In this document: positions 37,906 through 51,061 of the stretch, in pieces
Numbering within the stretch: the first letter of the stretch is position 1
Layout: the number at the start of each line of letters is the position of its first letter
Assembly: GCA_000165345.1 (NCBI GenBank)
Contig: CM000436.1
Coordinates: 960,001 to 1,024,000 of the forward strand
Direction of reading: 5' to 3'
DNA length: 64,000 nucleotides
Notes under the pieces: model-generated
Told to the model about the DNA's origin: nothing
The model's database searches: none
The model's input: the letters and a program-made list of their open reading frames with translations, nothing else
Program-made: the position numbers and the translations under genes

Positions 37906-40839
37906 TTACATTTTGAATTCTGAAGAGAATTTAGAATAGGTTGATCCAAATTGTAAAATAACTGATTGAATATGAGGAACAAGATCATTAATATGAACTT
38001 CTTGGGAAGAAACAGAAGTAGTTTGTTCTGTTTCTGTTTCTGATTGGTTATTATGGATGAATTTGAATTGAACAGTCTCCTTTAAAGCTTCGCTTTCTCC
38101 GATAATAATACAATAAGGAATATTATTATTGGAAGCATAGTCGAGTTGTTTTCTAAGTTTTCCATTTCCTGTAAGGGAAATTTCGCAAGAAATGTGATTA
38201 TCCCATAATAATGACGCAATTTTGAATCTATATTCAAGGAAGGAGTCACCAACATTACAAATAAGTACATCCGTGAAAGATCCTTTTGAGGAGTGATTGT
38301 GAGTTTTACAAGCCTCAAATTTTTTTTCAATTATACTCATAATACGCTCAACTCCAACAGAAAAGCCGACTGCGGGGATATTTTTCTGGGAAAACATTCC
38401 AATAAGCTGATCATATCTTCCACCTGCTGCAATACTACCAACATTTAACTCATTTGAGATTAATACGGCTTCATATATAACTCCAGTATAATAGTCTAAT
38501 CCACGAGCAAGAGAAAGATCAAAAGAAAGATAGTTAATACAGTTGTTACAACTCTTTGTATACTTGAAAAGAGTTTCCAGTTCTTCTAATGCTTTCATAA
38601 TGTTCTTATTTTCCATCATTTCTTGATTAGATTTAATTTTTTCTAAAACATCAAATGGAGTTCCTTTTAATTGAATTATTGATCCAATCTTATCAACAGT
38701 GGATTCTGATAAGCCTTTAATATTAATCATTTCATTTCTCACGCTTTCCCATGGTTCCTTATCAAGTTTGTCAATAGATGAGCAGGTTGTTTTAAATTTC
38801 TCATTGGGTACTCCTGAAATTTCAAGTATACCATCCAAGAGTTGTCTATGATTTATCTTAATCATGAATTGGCCAATCCAATTAGAAAAGGAAGATAATA
38901 CTTGAGTTGCAATCTTAATGATCTCAGAGTCAGCAACCATTGAATCATAATGACCAACAATATCCAAATCACATTGATAAAATTCTCTAAATCTTCCTCT
39001 TGCCATTTGAGGCTCATCTCTTCTGTATACTTTTCCAATTTGATATCTTTTAAGGTGGTCAAGACCAGATGTTGCAATATATCTAGCTAAAGGTACTGTA
39101 AGATCATATCTAAGTGAAAGCTGTTCTCCACCTTGATCTTTTAAGTCGTAAATCAGCTTTGAATCTTCTCCATATTTACCTAAAAGCGTATCTTTGAGTT
39201 CAAATACTGGAGTATCAATTTCTACTGCTCCATGAGCTCTATATACTTCTCTAATCATTCCAAAAACTAGATTCTTAATTGCCATCTTCTGAGGAGTAAC
39301 ATCCTGAGTTCCTTTTGGAATTTTTGGACGTCTAAGAGATTGATTTTGAGGAGTTGTAATATATTTTAATGTTGAATCAAGTTTACAGATTTGTCCATCC
39401 CGGAAAATCTCTAGTATTTTGGAATAAATATTACTTTCAACACCGTTTTTACTTGATTCAAATATTGATGAATTTAATATCAAGTTAATCATAAATTGTC
39501 TAAATTCATGGATATTCTTTGATTCATGAGAAGCTATCGAAACTTCTTTTTTACCTTTCTTTTTAGCTTTCTCAATAGTAGATAAATATTGTTGGTAATT
39601 CTTGTCAGCAAGCTTTTGAAGTGATAAAATACAAATAATTGTAAAGATTTCAATATTCTCATTAGTCAAAACCTTTAATGCATCAATCAATTCCTTAGAC
39701 TCCTCCATTGTAGATATTCTTAATATTATAGATGAGTCAAATTGTCCATTAATCATTTCACTAATTCTAGAGTTAATATGAGACAAATCTTCTATAGTTA
39801 ATGGGGTTACAGACTTTGATATCTGCTCTATATTTAAACCTTGTACTGATATTTCTGAATCTAAAGCAAATTTAGAGAAGTCATTTTCAGAGACTATTTC
39901 TTCCTTAATTGTATCTCTTAAAAATAAATCCAAAAACTCGATACTTGATTTCTTCATATAATTAAGTGAAGATATAATATTCTTAAGTGGCTCCAAAATA
40001 GGCATAATCTCAATATAATCAATCGAATTTTCAATACCTTTTGTACTTGTAGTTACATTACCACTCTTAGCATAGAATCCCTTAATACATTTGCTTAAAT
40101 TTTCTATAGAATTCTGCAAAGTACCTAGTGAACATAAAATCTCAGATAACTTCACTCCAAGACTCTTGTTCTTCCATCTATTCTCCCTTTGAATTTTTGA
40201 ATCCTCTAGAAGCCATCTAACATTCCTTGTAGTTTCAGCTAAACCACCACTAGAAATGGATGATAAGTGAGCTAAAAAGCATAATGGAAAAGACATTGCC
40301 TCCACCAGTATTGCCAAAGTACATTCTCCAAAGCTTTTTAAAGAGGAAGAAATACCCAAATAAAGAGCAAGTTGAGAAACTGTCATACTGAAACCTTTTG
40401 TAAAGGCTCTTGCATCTCTCTTTGATACTTTATGCCCTGAAATTCTTAAATATTCTCCCAGCAAATTAGTTAAAGTCAATTCATCAGTACTCAAATATTT
40501 CACCTTTACTAATGTTGAACCCTTGTTTCTCAATTGCTCTAACAGCCACATCATTAACTTCTTAGATATTCCCTTTCCGTCGATTGCTATTCCCACTGCT
40601 TTAGTTAACATTAATGCTCTTACCTCACTTAAACTCAATTCCTTACCTTCTTGAACCATCCCCATTTCATTGTCACCTGTCCAAAAATCTCCATCTTTTA
40701 ACTGTTCTAACTCTTCACTTTCTCTCAACTTTGGCTCTAACACAAACTCAGATTTATCGCTTGTAGAAATCAATGCAACATCTTCCAAAGAAATCCCACC
40801 TGATCCAATAAAAAAGCTTTCTTTTCCATTTTGTACCAT
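37906..40839 (-). CDS. HARS: histidyl-tRNA synthetase with a roughly 470-aa N-terminal extension
   Basis: Class II motif 2 is LRYDLTVPLARYIATSG...FREFYQCDLDIVG. The HisRS motif is AAGGRYDQL...GFSVGVERI. No kinase motifs are present, so this is not GCN2. Confidence 0.8.
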   Translation of the reverse strand: MVQNGKESFFIGSGGISLEDVALISTSDKSEFVLEPKLRESEELEQLKDGDFWTGDNEMGMVQEGKELSLSEVRALMLTKAVGIAIDGKGISKKLMMWLLEQLRNKGSTLVKVKYLSTDELTLTNLLGEYLRISGHKVSKRDARAFTKGFSMTVSQLALYLGISSSLKSFGECTLAILVEAMSFPLCFLAHLSSISSGGLAETTRNVRWLLEDSKIQRENRWKNKSLGVKLSEILCSLGTLQNSIENLSKCIKGFYAKSGNVTTSTKGIENSIDYIEIMPILEPLKNIISSLNYMKKSSIEFLDLFLRDTIKEEIVSENDFSKFALDSEISVQGLNIEQISKSVTPLTIEDLSHINSRISEMINGQFDSSIILRISTMEESKELIDALKVLTNENIEIFTIICILSLQKLADKNYQQYLSTIEKAKKKGKKEVSIASHESKNIHEFRQFMINLILNSSIFESSKNGVESNIYSKILEIFRDGQICKLDSTLKYITTPQNQSLRRPKIPKGTQDVTPQKMAIKNLVFGMIREVYRAHGAVEIDTPVFELKDTLLGKYGEDSKLIYDLKDQGGEQLSLRYDLTVPLARYIATSGLDHLKRYQIGKVYRRDEPQMARGRFREFYQCDLDIVGHYDSMVADSEIIKIATQVLSSFSNWIGQFMIKINHRQLLDGILEISGVPNEKFKTTCSSIDKLDKEPWESVRNEMINIKGLSESTVDKIGSIIQLKGTPFDVLEKIKSNQEMMENKNIMKALEELETLFKYTKSCNNCINYLSFDLSLARGLDYYTGVIYEAVLISNELNVGSIAAGGRYDQLIGMFSQKNIPAVGFSVGVERIMSIIEKKFEACKTHNHSSKGSFTDVLICNVGDSFLEYRFKIASLLWDNHISCEISLTGNGKLRKQLDYASNNNIPYCIIIGESEALKETVQFKFIHNNQSETETEQTTSVSSQEVHINDLVPHIQSVILQFGSTYSKFSSEFKM

Positions 40840-40961
40840 TGGGCTTATCTATTATCCAATATTCTCTAACTTTAACCTCTTTTTTCAGAAATCTTACTTT
40901 ATTTTCCTTTTTCACACTTTTTTTTCAAAAAACTTATATTTATTGCAATATTTTTGGCAAG

Positions 40962-40972
40962 TTGGCGGGAAC
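40962..40972. promoter_or_regulatory. TTGGCGGGAAC, 120 bp upstream of the HisRS start
   Basis: Direct reading. Confidence 0.45.
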
Positions 40973-41570
40973 TTTTTTTTTTTGTCTACAAGTTTTTCTT
41001 TACATAAACCGGCAATTAAATACAAAAGAAAGATAATATTATAAATACACATTTTTAATCTAGTACGAACTACAATTAAACAAGAAGGTAACGAGTTAGC
41101 CAATTAAAGTTTCTAATAAATTAATTACTGAATATTATTTTGAAAATGCTTGAATATTTCTGCACTCAGTTCTAAATATTCTTCTTAATTTATAATTGTT
41201 GTTATCCCTGATATTTTGCAGTCTGACAAGTTTACTGTAAATTTATCATTCTATTTATTTTTAAAATGGCGATGAATCTCTTTGGTATTTCTTTTTAAAT
41301 AGACTTATGATAATGTGTCTTCTGCATGTCATTTGTTTATGATTTCTTGAATGATATAAAATATGATATTCCCAAAAAAAAAACCCCTTATTGAACTTAT
41401 TGCTTAGATCTCAACTCCTTTTTAATATAACCTGTCTCTTAATATTGCATTATTGAACAAATTAAAATATAAAAAATGACATTTTATCCAGTAATTATTT
41501 AACTTTGCAAAAAATGACCCCTCACTAATTGCTGAATGATAAAGTAACTCTGTCAGTCATATTTAATAAA

Positions 41571-43922
41571 CTAATAAAATTCGGAACTTCGATTGACCAT
41601 TTCAACTGGGTTTAGTGCTCTAAATGTCTTGAGTTCATTTGATTCTACCTTACTACACGTTAATGTATTCATTATACAACCAGAGAAACCACTTCTTTTT
41701 TGAACTTTTTTTATAGGAAGAAATGGATTTGGATGGGCCTTCGTGACACCATTGTTTATAATACTATTACTTTCAATTGATTTGCTCATAGCAGTTTGCT
41801 GTTTATTTTGGAAAACTTCACAATTACTAGAGTCCTTTTCCAATAATCTAGGCGCATTATGCAACGATTCAGCATGTTGAAAATCTGTATTAGTTTCAAT
41901 ATTTGTGACACCTCCTTGGTCAAATTCCAAATATTCTGGTATATCTCTTGTTAGATCTACAACATCTCTTGCTTGATCTTGAATATCCCTTTCTATTTCT
42001 GAAAAGATTCTTCCTGCTTCATCAATTGTACTATTTATTATTTTGGAGTTATTTTTCGAAGAATTAGTCTCTCCTTTAACTTCATAATTATCTACATTAT
42101 GACTAGCATGTGATTTTGGATGCTGCAAATAGTTTTCATTATTGAATGTTCTTTTCCCGTCCATATTTGGGGTGAATTCATTGCTTTTAAAATGATTTTT
42201 CACCCCATTTTCTTCCAGAGAGGACCTCCTCCTACTCTGTGACCTTGAGCGGTCAATATAGCTGTGATTATGACCCTTTGGTGAATTAGAAGAATCGGCA
42301 GCATACCCATGGTTTAGTTCTTGAAATTCCCTAGGAGTCTGAATCTTTGGAATATCCCCAATGCTTATTGAAGAATCTGGATTTGTATTGGTTGTAAAGT
42401 TAATATGTGCTTTTGCATTTCTTCCCCCAGAAATTTCATACTCAATTGCAGGTCCTGTTGGAGTAGATATTACATTAATATCAACGCCAGGCTTGATATG
42501 CAACTCAGTTACAACATTTTGAGTATCTGGATCAGCAAAAATAGTTGCTTTAGAGTTATTACTTTCACAATCTGGAAGCATATGAAAAACTATGGTCTGT
42601 TTACCAGATGGGGTAACTACAGGAAATTTCTCTGGAGAATTCCCAGACCGGTCATTACCATGTTTATTTAATCCTAGCCTAGAGCTTGCTAAAGACCTGG
42701 ATGTCAAATTACCCATTCTTGGAGTATTCAATACTGAAGTTCTGTGTTGATTAACAGGAGAAACCAATCCTTCAGAAGTCTCAACAGGTTCCAATATTCC
42801 TATTTTTGGAGGAGGGCCTCTTCCTGTACTTTTTGTAGGAGAAAGGAGATCAGGAGAAGTAGCCCTTCTGGAACCACCTGCTGAGATTGGAAGATTATTT
42901 GTGTCATTACAATGTTCAAACTCTGATGGAACTCCTAATACAGTATTTCTATGACCTGATGAAACTGGGGTCATATTTAGTGAGGATTCCCTTAACGCTT
43001 CATTTGGATTTATTTCACCATTTCTAGCATTTCTATAGTTTGATTCGAATACTTCTCCAGGAATTTGATCAGCTTGATTTGCAGATCTTCTATCTTTAAA
43101 ATTATTAATATGTTGCATTTCTAGATTTCTATCATAATATTCAAATTGATTTCTATTAAATTGATAGCCTTTGTCAAAATTGAAATCATCCCTCACTCCT
43201 TTTTCATATTGTTGTCGCGTTGGACCTCTAATTTGGCTTCTGGACCCACGCCTGGCTTTGTTAAATTTAGGACTAAGAGTTCCATTCACTCGAGCTCCAG
43301 CAGGAGAGAATGACCTACTTCTAAATTGTTCTGGATTTGAAGACTTAATAATAGTTGAAATAGTTGGTAATTCATAATGTCTTGAGTACCTAACCAAATT
43401 TGCACCATTTTTAACTAGATTATTCCTTCTTTTTTCAGCATCCAAGTCATCATATTCTTCCTCAAAAAGAAATTCTTCCTCAATTTCTCCATCGCTCGGC
43501 TCGTATTGAGCTCTAGTATCCTGCCAAATTTCACGTATAAATCGTGCCTCATCATAACTTAATGGCAGATCTTTTGATCTTCTAGGTTGTAATTCGCCAT
43601 AAACATCCCAAGGATTACGAAATTTTGGTATCCTACTTTTATCAGTCTTTCGCACCCCTTTCTTTATATCTGGCTTATAACTTAATGAATGACGTCTTCG
43701 GTGAATCATTTCCATTGGGCAACAGCTAACTTCTTCATTAACAAAATTCTGGTTTATTTCATGGTCTATCATTTCATCCTCCTCATAGTATTGATTGTTG
43801 CTATCATAATATTCTCCTTGCTCATATTCATAATAATTATCAAAATTGCCATCATCTCGTGGAAAACCGTCATTTTGATTTCGTACAAACTGATAATCCA
43901 TATATGGATTCATCTGTTGCAT
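41571..43922 (-). CDS. hypothetical low-complexity protein, 783 aa (Y/E/N/S/R-rich)
   Basis: Long ORF with a true ATG (complement of 43920-43922). Confidence 0.45.
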   Translation of the reverse strand: MQQMNPYMDYQFVRNQNDGFPRDDGNFDNYYEYEQGEYYDSNNQYYEEDEMIDHEINQNFVNEEVSCCPMEMIHRRRHSLSYKPDIKKGVRKTDKSRIPKFRNPWDVYGELQPRRSKDLPLSYDEARFIREIWQDTRAQYEPSDGEIEEEFLFEEEYDDLDAEKRRNNLVKNGANLVRYSRHYELPTISTIIKSSNPEQFRSRSFSPAGARVNGTLSPKFNKARRGSRSQIRGPTRQQYEKGVRDDFNFDKGYQFNRNQFEYYDRNLEMQHINNFKDRRSANQADQIPGEVFESNYRNARNGEINPNEALRESSLNMTPVSSGHRNTVLGVPSEFEHCNDTNNLPISAGGSRRATSPDLLSPTKSTGRGPPPKIGILEPVETSEGLVSPVNQHRTSVLNTPRMGNLTSRSLASSRLGLNKHGNDRSGNSPEKFPVVTPSGKQTIVFHMLPDCESNNSKATIFADPDTQNVVTELHIKPGVDINVISTPTGPAIEYEISGGRNAKAHINFTTNTNPDSSISIGDIPKIQTPREFQELNHGYAADSSNSPKGHNHSYIDRSRSQSRRRSSLEENGVKNHFKSNEFTPNMDGKRTFNNENYLQHPKSHASHNVDNYEVKGETNSSKNNSKIINSTIDEAGRIFSEIERDIQDQARDVVDLTRDIPEYLEFDQGGVTNIETNTDFQHAESLHNAPRLLEKDSSNCEVFQNKQQTAMSKSIESNSIINNGVTKAHPNPFLPIKKVQKRSGFSGCIMNTLTCSKVESNELKTFRALNPVEMVNRSSEFY

Positions 43923-44751
43923 AGATTGTTTAAAAATGATTTAAGCCGCGATATTGTATTTTTAGGTCAGTGTAATAATTGACCTTAAATTTCAATCTCT
44001 CGCCTAATTACTTATTGATTTTAATCCCACTTTAAGTAGTAGTCTAATACTTCTTATTTTCTTAATATAATACTTTCCCTATTTTTACTCAAAACCCTAA
44101 TTATGTGTTATTTCACCACATATTAAATCTATCTTATTTAAATCGTTTTTTTTTTTCATTGCTAATCACACAATTTCCGGAGTGAACGGAGACATAGACG
44201 TATCACATTCGTCACATTGACTTTTGGTTATAAAAAAAGTAGTAATTGTGGAAAAAAAGAGAAAGTAGAGGTAAGCAGAGGTTATCTTTGCAAAACATAT
44301 AGGATATATTTAAACATATAAATTAGTAAAATCTCATTTTTCTTTGTATCTTTAGAGCACATCTTTTTAATTTTTTACTTTAAAGTTTTTTACATGTTAT
44401 ATGCACACGTCTATGATTAGATTTTTGTAATAGAGTATTTTATTACAAAAAATAATACATGCATAACTTTGCTTTAAATTCTCAGGCTTTAGTTTTAATA
44501 GAAAATATATTAAGAATTTTCAAATTCTTTTTTTTTTTTTTACATATTTTTTGCAAACTAACAAACTTTAGAGGTTAATTTGGTAGTTAAATTGTGCAGG
44601 CAGAATTGTTTAGCTGCAAATTAGAAAAAATATTTTATTTTGCTGTGTTAATTTTTTTAGTTTAATATTCTAGATTTTTTTCCTCGTCATACATAATCCT
44701 TATATTATCAAAAGCTGTTAGCATACATTTGTTTTTCTAATATCGGTAATC

Positions 44752-44780
44752 AACCCGCCATGAGTTTTTGGCGGGAATCG
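44752..44780. promoter_or_regulatory. inverted pair CCCGCCA-N9-TGGCGGG (TTTGGCGGGAATCG), about 135 bp upstream of the filamin-repeat gene ATG
   Basis: Direct reading. The half-sites are reverse complements of each other. Confidence 0.5.
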
Positions 44781-44910
44781 TTTGTGGATGGTCTAATATT
44801 GTGCATGTAATGCAATTTAATGGCTAGTTAATTATATAGAAAAACTAATTAGGAGTATAAGAGCAGTCAAAATACTGGCTAGACAGTAATAGCTTTCTGA
44901 ATGGGAGACT

Positions 44911-47900
44911 ATGAATCTGAATCTTGCAATTGCTAATTTGGGAGTTGAGGTAAGTTTATTTATAAGTAAAATATTCCAAGGAAAGTAATCTTGCAATTGT
45001 TTAACAAAAAAGAAAATTGTTGACATATTGCTTAAATACAAGCTTTCTTATAATATAAAGATATTTATTTATTTACTTTTTTTTTTATTAGGTTTATATT
45101 TCAAGCGTTCGAGAATTTGAGCTTCCAAACAATGATGATTATACAAATAATTCAGTAAATTGTATATGTGTATTGTGGTTGCCATATGAAGATCCATTGG
45201 AAATATTTGGGCTTCAACAAGGTATTAGGTGGGATCCAATTTTAGGAAGAAGATGTACTGGAGTAGCAGTTGCAAGGCCTTGTACAAAACCTGGAAAGTT
45301 GAAATCTCTAGAATGCGATTTTACTACATATATTCATGCACTGAATATTGCAAAAGTAAAATATGTTCATAATAAAGAAATTAATACAGTTTCAAATGAA
45401 TCAGATAGTGAAGAAATCTCTTGCTCTGAAAAATCAATTGGAAAGTGTATTGGAAATGCTAAATTTGAAAATGCCTTAAAATTTTGTGTTGAATTTCCGC
45501 ACAAGCATTACAACAATGCCCAAATTTATGATGGAAAGTATTGCATTTACAACCCTAACTTGGATGAAGTTCATCGCCTCTTATCTCCCGATGAAGATTC
45601 TAAAGAACCTATGCCAATTTTTGTTTCACTGGGGTATATCTCTGAAACTTCACAGAATTCTAGGGTATTTAGGCCAGCTTCAAAGTGGAGGAGGCCGATG
45701 AATGCAATTGGAGATGGAATATATAATTTAGAGAATTCAGATCCAATTAATTGGATTGGAACAGCAGTTATAACAAAGGAAGATTGGATTAGAAGCTATA
45801 CATCTGGGAGAGTATTTCCACTAAAGCTTCTCCCTCATTATCAATTAATGTCTTTGGTTGCAGATTATCGCAAACAAATATTGGATGAAAATAACATAAA
45901 AGAAAAGGAGACAAAGTTGTCCTTCATTAATTCATTAATGAGTGAAATTGAAAAGTTTAAAGTTGACATCTCAAATTCAAGACTAAATGGTGGTGATGCC
46001 AATGCCTCAAATGAAAAATGTGATAATAATTTTGGTACTATTCAAATACAGATTAAAACATTTGTATCATATCCAATAAGAACTGAAGGAGCATTAAAAC
46101 CTCTTGTCACTGTTTATAATCGCCAAGACCTGAAGAATCAATTTTTTTTAGCAAGTCTTTGTTGTGTAGATGTTATTCTTTTAGACGATGTTCCTGCTTG
46201 GAGCGACATTGATATATGGGATATTGCTCATTCTAAAATTCACATTTGTGTAGTATGGAAGCATGAAAGAAGGATTTTGCATCAAGGAGGAAATGCCCTT
46301 GAGTTATTTCCATATAGGTGTGTAAAAATTAATGGTCTTCCAGAAAATATTGAATTTAAAGATATGAAAACAATAAAAGAAAAAAATATAAAAATGAGAT
46401 GTTTATTCTCTGGAAGGGTATTATTAACTCCAGTTCCTGGGAGTGAGCCTGATATATATATATATATGTTATTAAATGGAAAACCATTTTCCTGTATTCG
46501 TGATCCTATTTCTATGAGAAATTTTGACCCAAGTACTTCCAATTATGATAAATATTATGATTTGGATAGGGTTGATTCAAGTGTCGAAAGTGTTATTAAG
46601 GAATTTGAGACAAGAGGAAGATTTTCTGGAACTTTAAAATGTAAAGTAAGTGTTTGGCCAGACAATTCGTGCTTTTTATCAAGAAAAGAATATTCTTACC
46701 TAAATCTTCGTCCTCAAAAAGGAATTGTATATAATATATTGCATGATTATCAAACTAAAATGCCTGATCACTATTCTGCTCCAACTTTAGGACCATATGG
46801 TGTATGGGTAGGATACTCTGTTAATGATAAAAGTGATGAGTTTATTGACTCTAAGAAATTCCAAAATCTATTTGATGAAGCAATTTATCAAATGAATTCT
46901 GCAACACATGAAGAAAAGCAAGTAATACCTATTGAAGATTATTCATATAAAAAAAATGATATTCAAAGTGATAGCGATGAAAACTTTAGTAATGATAAAT
47001 ATCTTATCGATACAAAAATCAATGCAATCGAACAATTGGATCCAGAATATATTGAAGGTGATTTGAAGAGATTTAATCAAGATATAAGATCTTTTAAGCC
47101 TTATGTACCTCACATGAGTACTTTGCTAGGATCTGGAATAAATCCAGGAGTTGCTGGAGAATGGATCACTTTTATAATTCAATCTAGAGATGAAGATGGA
47201 AATAAATCGTGTATTGGAAAGAGTAAAATTCATATTCGTTTAAGATCTGTTGGATACATCAAATATACATTTACGGCTGAACCTTATGGATTAGAATATA
47301 AAAATCCAAATAATGATGCATTAATTAATGTTGATGAAAGTGAAGTATGTAAGGTTGGTGTTGATCAAATTGATGTGCCAATAGAATGGTGTTCTGTTGA
47401 ATCTTATCATGGTGTATATAATTGTAGGATGAGATGTGAGAGATCTGGCCAATATTTATTGAGAGTTACAATGGATGGACTTCCTATTGGAGGATCTCCA
47501 TATGATGTTACTATCACTCCATCAATTCCAGAAGCAAAAGCATCTTCAACCATTGGTGAAGGAACTATTAAATGCAAGGCATGCCCAACAGTTAATTATA
47601 TGATAGATATTGAAGCTATTAAAGCATGTAAAGGTAAAGTTCCTAAGTATATTAATTCTTTTATTGTAATATTATGTGATGAGTTTGGAAATCGTATTTC
47701 TACTGGAGGACACCAATTAAAGGTTAAATGTAATTCAAAAATTGGCAAAATACATGCAATATATGATAATTGGGATGGTTCTTATGTAGTTTATTATACC
47801 ATTCATTTGGAAAAAACAATACAAAATTTTGATCAAAAAATTATAGATAAGATTAATGCAATATGTTATAAGAAAAATAATTCAAATCAGTTAAAAAGTT

Positions 47901-50900
47901 ATTCATATTCTAATCCAACTACTACTACTACTACTACAAGAGCAATCGAACAAGCATTGGGTGTAAGTACCAGGGTAACTAATTCAAAGATTGATTTTAA
48001 TAGTGAGGAGCTTGGTGGATTATTTAATACAAGAAAGTTACAACATATGACAAATTTTGAATATAATGATGAACATTTTTTGGAATCAGAAGAAGTTATT
48101 ATTACAAATATTTGTGATCTAGAAATTAGTGTTTATTTGAATAATAGGCCAATATATGGATCTCCATTTACTCCATATATAGATAATTTGGTAGAAATAC
48201 GAAATTGGTATAGAATTGTGGATTTAAATTCTTCTGATAGTACTGAAAGAAAGTTTGAAAAGTTATTAGAATCTGATGATTTTGAAGGAGCAATAAAGTT
48301 GATGAAAGAGTTAGAAAGAAAATATTTGCATGATTTTAAGGTAATATTAGAAGAATTGGAGAGAGATCCAACAGAACAAGAGCAAATTTTGGATAATGTT
48401 GGAAAGATTTCAAATGAACAAGATCAATGGACTTTGTTACAAAAGAATAAACAACGTTTAGAACAAATTATTAGAGATAATAATGATCGAGAAAATTTGA
48501 TTTTAACATTTGGAAGGTTTTTATTGAAAAGATTAGAGAGTCAAATGATAAGAAGACAAAAAGTTGATTCTGATTTATCATCATATAGAATATTAAAAGA
48601 AAATAATTTGGAACCATTATGTCATAGTTTAGAAGTTGAATATAATAAATTCCAACAACAAAGAACAAGAGAATTAATACGTTTAGTTTCATTATTAGAG
48701 ACAAATAAATTAAATTCATTAGAAGAATTAATGGAATTATATCAATTAATTGCTGATGAATTAAGATCATTAGGACGTGGAAATTTGGCTAATCAATTTG
48801 ATTTAGTTAATAGATGTTTAATAGAAGAGCAACAATTAACAAATATACGTGAAAGTTTACAAAGAAAGAGTGAAGTATTAGCAAAAATGGATGAAATGGT
48901 AACAACTAGAGAGAAAGCATTAGAAATGATTTTATCAAATTATAATCAAGCAATAAAAATGGAAGAGGATCATATTGAAGAAGAAATTGAGAAAATTAAA
49001 GTTGATATTTTAAGAAAACTAAATTTTAATCCAAGTACTGGCGTACAAACTGAGGATTCATTATCATTTACAGATACTATTATTGGACCATTAATATTGG
49101 ATCGAATTTTAGGTAATGATGAAAATCAATCAAAAAATGATTTTAATAATAATAATAATAATCATAATAATTATCATAAGAGTAATTTTAATAAATATTT
49201 TTCTATTATTGATCATAATAATAGTGATTATGCAATTCATGTTATGAAAATGTATTGGAAACCTTTAATGGAATGGGATTTAAAATGTTTTGTTAAGATA
49301 TTAAAACAATGTCCAAGAATATCTATTTGTTTGAGAGAATTATTTTCATATTTTGCAAATACAAGATGGAAGAATAATGAAACACAAATGAGTATATATG
49401 GTGATTTAATTCATAAAAGTGATAATGGTAATTATTATTCATATAAAAATAATAATTTTGGTAATAATAATGAAATAGAAGAAAGTATGAATAATAATAA
49501 TAATATTAATAATAATAATAATAATATTAATAATAATGATAATTTAACATCAATTGATAATAATAATCACAAATTTTCAAATAAAGAAAATATAAAATCA
49601 ATTAGTAAATGGACAGTAGGAACACCACTTGTTACATCAGATGATCCAAATTTAAGTATTTATAGAAAAGCAATGGGTATAACCAGAAATGGATTTAAAA
49701 GATTAATCATTTCATTAAATTTATCACCAGAATTAATTAAATCAGAAAAAACTATTGAAGGATTATTTCATAAATATAGTATGGAAAGAACAACAAGTAA
49801 TATACATTATAGTAATAAAAATGTTAGAGTAATAACACAAGAATTATGGATACCTTTATTAAGAGAATTAGCATATATTAATGCATTAGTACGTTTTGAT
49901 GTATTAAGACAATCAACTTTAGGTAGTAATGCATTATTAAGATTATATAAAAATATTAATGATTTTACAGGAAAAGTTGATTATTCAGTTTGGGAAAATA
50001 ATATATCTAGTACTAATATTGGAGAAAAATTAATGATTAATTTAGAAAGTGATGATTTTAAAGGATTAAGTCAAAATTTAATTAATTCAAAAAATAAAAT
50101 AAATGATGAACAAAATAATCAAAATAATATGAATAAAAATAAAAATAATAATAATAATAATAATAGTAATAATAATAATATAGAATTAGGAGGTAATCAT
50201 AAAAATCATGTATTACAATCAGGAGTTGCAGTAACACAAGATAATATTAAAGATTTAAATAGAGTAACTGCATTTAGACATTTTTGTGAATTACATTTAA
50301 TACCATTATATAAACAAGTTTATGGAAATGAAGATTTTACAACAATGTTAATGTTACCATTTTCTAAAATATTATCATCAGAACAAGATGAATTATTACG
50401 TGGATTAGATGCTATTGATTTAAAAGATAGTGGAGGAACATGTATTAATTCTGAAGAAATTTCTGGAGATAATTCTAATAAAGAATTAATAGAAAATAAG
50501 AAAAGATATTTATCAAGCCAATCAACACATGAAAAGGTTGAATGTAAAATTAATAATTGTTTAAAAATTGTTGTATCACAATTAAAAATGAATATAGCAT
50601 CAGCAATATTTATACAATTAGCATCAAAAAGTATGAAAGAATATGAATTTGATATAACACGTGAATTAGTAGAATTTAAAAGAATATCAAATGATGATGA
50701 TATATTAAAAAATTATTATGTAACAGAATTTGATTATATTAAACCTTTACAATTACATGAATATTTAACAAATATAGGTATGATACCTGGCCATATAAGT
50801 GGTAATGAAATGCATAACGTTGTAGAGAAAGTATTATCATCTAGAGAAGAATATTTACCAAAAGAATTACCAGTTACTTATAAATATCCAAAATCATTAT

Positions 50901-51052
50901 CATTTCCAGGATATATTGAAACTTTATCAATGTGTATAGCTAAAGGTATAGTAAATAAATTATCAGGATCATTATGGAGTGAGGGAGATATAAGAACAGA
51001 AGTTATTGAACATTTGGTATTATTTAATTTATATGATACATCAAGAATATAG
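44911..51052 (+). CDS. large protein with filamin-type Ig repeats, 2 exons (44911..44949, 45092..51052), about 1999 aa
   Basis: The track ORF starts at TTG with no in-frame ATG for 146 codons. Upstream, ATGAATCTGAATCTTGCAATTGCTAATTTGGGAGTTGAG|GTAAGT joins in frame via TTTTTTTTATTAG|GTT. Filamin-like repeat ends are YLLRVTMDGLPIGGSPYDVTITP and NNRPIYGSPFTPYID. Confidence 0.6.
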
Positions 51053-51061
51053 AAAATATTA

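Noticed and set aside
37906-40839. The HisRS-domain protein as a GCN2-type eIF2-alpha kinase
   Set aside because: The N-terminal half has no kinase subdomain motifs (GxGxxG, HRDLKP, DFG), and the HisRS motifs are catalytic-type.
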